Positions 61,992-64,000 of a stretch of 64,000 bases of DNA are shown piece by piece. The stretch is taken from positions 1,612,001 through 1,676,000 of the forward strand of contig NW_027271015.1 of NCBI RefSeq assembly GCF_040938485.1, read 5' to 3'. The notes beneath the pieces are model-generated. The model was not told the origin of the DNA. It saw only the letters and a list, made by a program, of their open reading frames with translations, and searched no databases. The DNA comes from Diadema antillarum. Taxonomy: Eukaryota. The position numbers were made by a program, and so were the translations under genes. Numbering within the stretch: position 1 is the stretch's first letter; every line of letters begins with the position of its first letter.

Positions 61992-62876
61992 GACATGACT
62001 AACTTCATTTTATCATTCTCCTTTTACTCCTCTTCTTGTCAATCTTATATATGCTTTCCTTACTGAACAAATCTTTCCTCCCCCTTTTTTCCCTCTTCTT
62101 TCTTCTTTGAAGTACTTCTGAGCATGTAGCAAAGCAGATTACCACTTTATAAAGTCGCTGTGTTTTGGTGGGAAAGCTCTGTTCACTGAGAGTAGCACAA
62201 ACTATGAATCATGAGAGGTCTGTGCAAACTACCCATTTTTTTTTCTCATATTCATATGTTTGCTTTTGCTGTTTTTGTTTGTCACACATTACAGGATAGG
62301 TTACAAATACATGAACAAATAGAACAAATCATCAGCCTTATGCCTAAAGAGCCTCAGAACTTCTACTGTTCTGCCAAAAGGGCACTAATAGTGTAAAGTG
62401 TCTTTTGACATAAAAGGAAAAATAGTTTAAGGCCCTTTTGGAACAAGACTGACAAAATAGTCAAAGAGAGAAACATAATTATGTCTAATGAATGTGAACA
62501 ACATGGCATGCTATGTTTGGGCACGTGACGCAGAATAAAGTGGAGCATATCTGTGCGCATATGTAAACTGGATGGTTATGTGCACTGTTTGGCTACTGGA
62601 GTGCAGCTCCTTCTTCGGCACAGGCTAGTCAAATTGGTGAGCATTGCAACGAGAACTAAACTATCTAAACTTTCTAATCAGCTTAAGTTTTTCAGTCTCA
62701 ATGGCAACGTATTCACGTACAAAGTAAACAGGATTTCAGGCTGGTAGTACTCAGAGGGTGAAAGATGGCGTACTATTGTTTTCAGCATTAATGAATGATG
62801 GAATGCTGGCCATGGATTACCAACTGAGTTGAGCGCTATCATATCATAAGTACACTGATATTGGACACAGGCTCAC

Positions 62877-62998
62877 ATAATTCTGATATCTTCAGAGCTG
62901 GTACTAATATTTCACCAAGAATCATTTCATCATTCAAGTTGTTCCCAGGGTGTGCCAGTGACTGCTGACATAGGTCATATCTTTGGGATGGGCACCTC
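62877..62998 (-). CDS. Candidate exon 2 of a pair (RCPSQRYDLCQQSLAHPGNNLNDEMILGEILVPALKISEL)
   Basis: Acceptor tattagtctctcacag| and donor TAT|gtgagc. The only open frame is the one dictated by the upstream candidate exon. Confidence 0.3.
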
Positions 62999-63177
62999 CT
63001 GTGAGAGACTAATACACCAAAGTTTCGATAGAAAGGGGAAATCGGAGGGGGGAATACGTCCAGTTCTTTTCAAAAAATTAAATCACCTTTGTTCTGGGGC
63101 ATTCCACATTAGCCCTTAGCTGTCCCGCAGGGGTGGAAAATAGGAAGTTTCCAAGCCAGGGGTGTGTTAGGACTCAC

Positions 63178-63286
63178 CGAAACCATGGGTCACCCTCAGT
63201 AGAGTGGGTCAATGACTGAGTAATCACCATGGGTCCAAGAGGCCCTGATGCAGGCGGGGTAGAATTCCTCCCTTTTTCCATAAAGA
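63178..63286 (-). CDS. Candidate exon 1 of a pair (VFMEKGRNSTPPASGPLGPMVITQSLTHSTEGDPWFR)
   Basis: Strong acceptor ttttgttttgtttactttcttcccag| and donor TCG|gtgagt. 109 bp, GC-rich, one open frame. Protein not recognised. Confidence 0.35.
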
Positions 63287-63754
63287 CTGGGAAGAAAGTA
63301 AACAAAACAAAAAATTGTATTAAAGAGCCAAGAGGTAACAGATGGGGCTTGAGCACTTATCATGACCTTTGACCCATGACATTATCATGACATTCCTTGG
63401 CTGATCAAAATCTTGCATTCCATGACTTGTCAGAAACATGGTAGAATTGGCCCATACAGTCTAGGCCACATTTGACATAAAATCACCCACAATATTCTTC
63501 AGTTGGCATGACTACAGCCATCTCAAAATCAAATTTGAGATGGTAACAGACCACAGTTCAAAATTGAAATATATGACCTCTTAAAATGTATCCTTTATGC
63601 ATCTTTTTCACCAGAGCATTCAAAAGGGTCGAACAGTCATTGACCTTTACATTTGTAAGCTATTAAGTTGAGGAATCAATGGGATACAGGTTTCTTCAGC
63701 ATTCAATGTGTGCAGTCTGCATCTTGATGGTATCACTTAACCCGTTGAGGATGG

Positions 63755-64000
63755 TTTTCTTCTTCTTCTTCTTCTTCTTTCTTTATTTCTGGACAAAAGT
63801 TGTGTATCTACGTACTCAAAAAGTACTCAGAGTATCAACTTCAAACTCATACCATATATGTATCATGTCCCAAAGACGACAAATCTAATGTATCATTGTG
63901 ATTGGACGATCGTGACGTCACTATGACGTCATTATATGAAAACACATTCTCACTCCTATCTCATTAATGGAATGGAATTTTTCAATGAAATTTACGTCAC
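63755..64000 (-). mobile_element. Second copy of the 46796-49128 HINE family, inverted, running off the window edge
   Basis: Reverse complement of about 48830-49075, including the (TTC)n tract and the GTGACGTCACTATGACGTCATTATATGAAAACACATTCTCA block. The terminal hairpin is absent. Confidence 0.8.

Noticed and set aside
62702-62740. ILFTLYVNTLP resembling the LINE RT LLF.LYINDLP motif
   Set aside because: No preceding GVPQGS and no following ADD motif.

Overview
AT-rich eukaryotic genomic DNA from a gapped draft assembly, with N-runs at 12776-12910 and 26678-26934. The repeat style suggests a marine invertebrate, probably an echinoderm such as a sea urchin; this is inference, not a database result. 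I cannot identify any protein-coding gene with confidence. Nearly all ORFs in the supplied track are chance or low-complexity frames. A few short segments have good splice sites and one open frame (best: minus-strand 63178-63286 plus 62877-62998, and 5567-5628), so the window may be intergenic or lie inside a gene with very large introns. The supportable content is a dense set of non-autonomous DNA transposons: (1) TTAA-flanked palindromic Kolobok-type MITEs in two sister subfamilies; (2) piggyBac-like mini-elements, one nested in a three-element TTAA stack at 45-46 kb; (3) five copies of a ~210-bp TA-flanked MITE group at different stages of CpG decay; (4) two PIF/Harbinger-like palindromes; (5) Helentron/DINE-1-like (HINE) elements, one of 2.3 kb carrying a hierarchical ~560-bp tandem repeat. 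There are also decayed LINE fragments, a small retro-insertion with a 15-bp target-site duplication, microsatellites and non-B-DNA motifs. No CRISPR array, rRNA, intact tRNA or autonomous transposase was seen. I found no convincing new biological system. The most unusual structures are a GC-rich ~100-bp island with three GAA-triloop hairpins (87-184), the HINE tandem array, and the stacked TTAA insertions.
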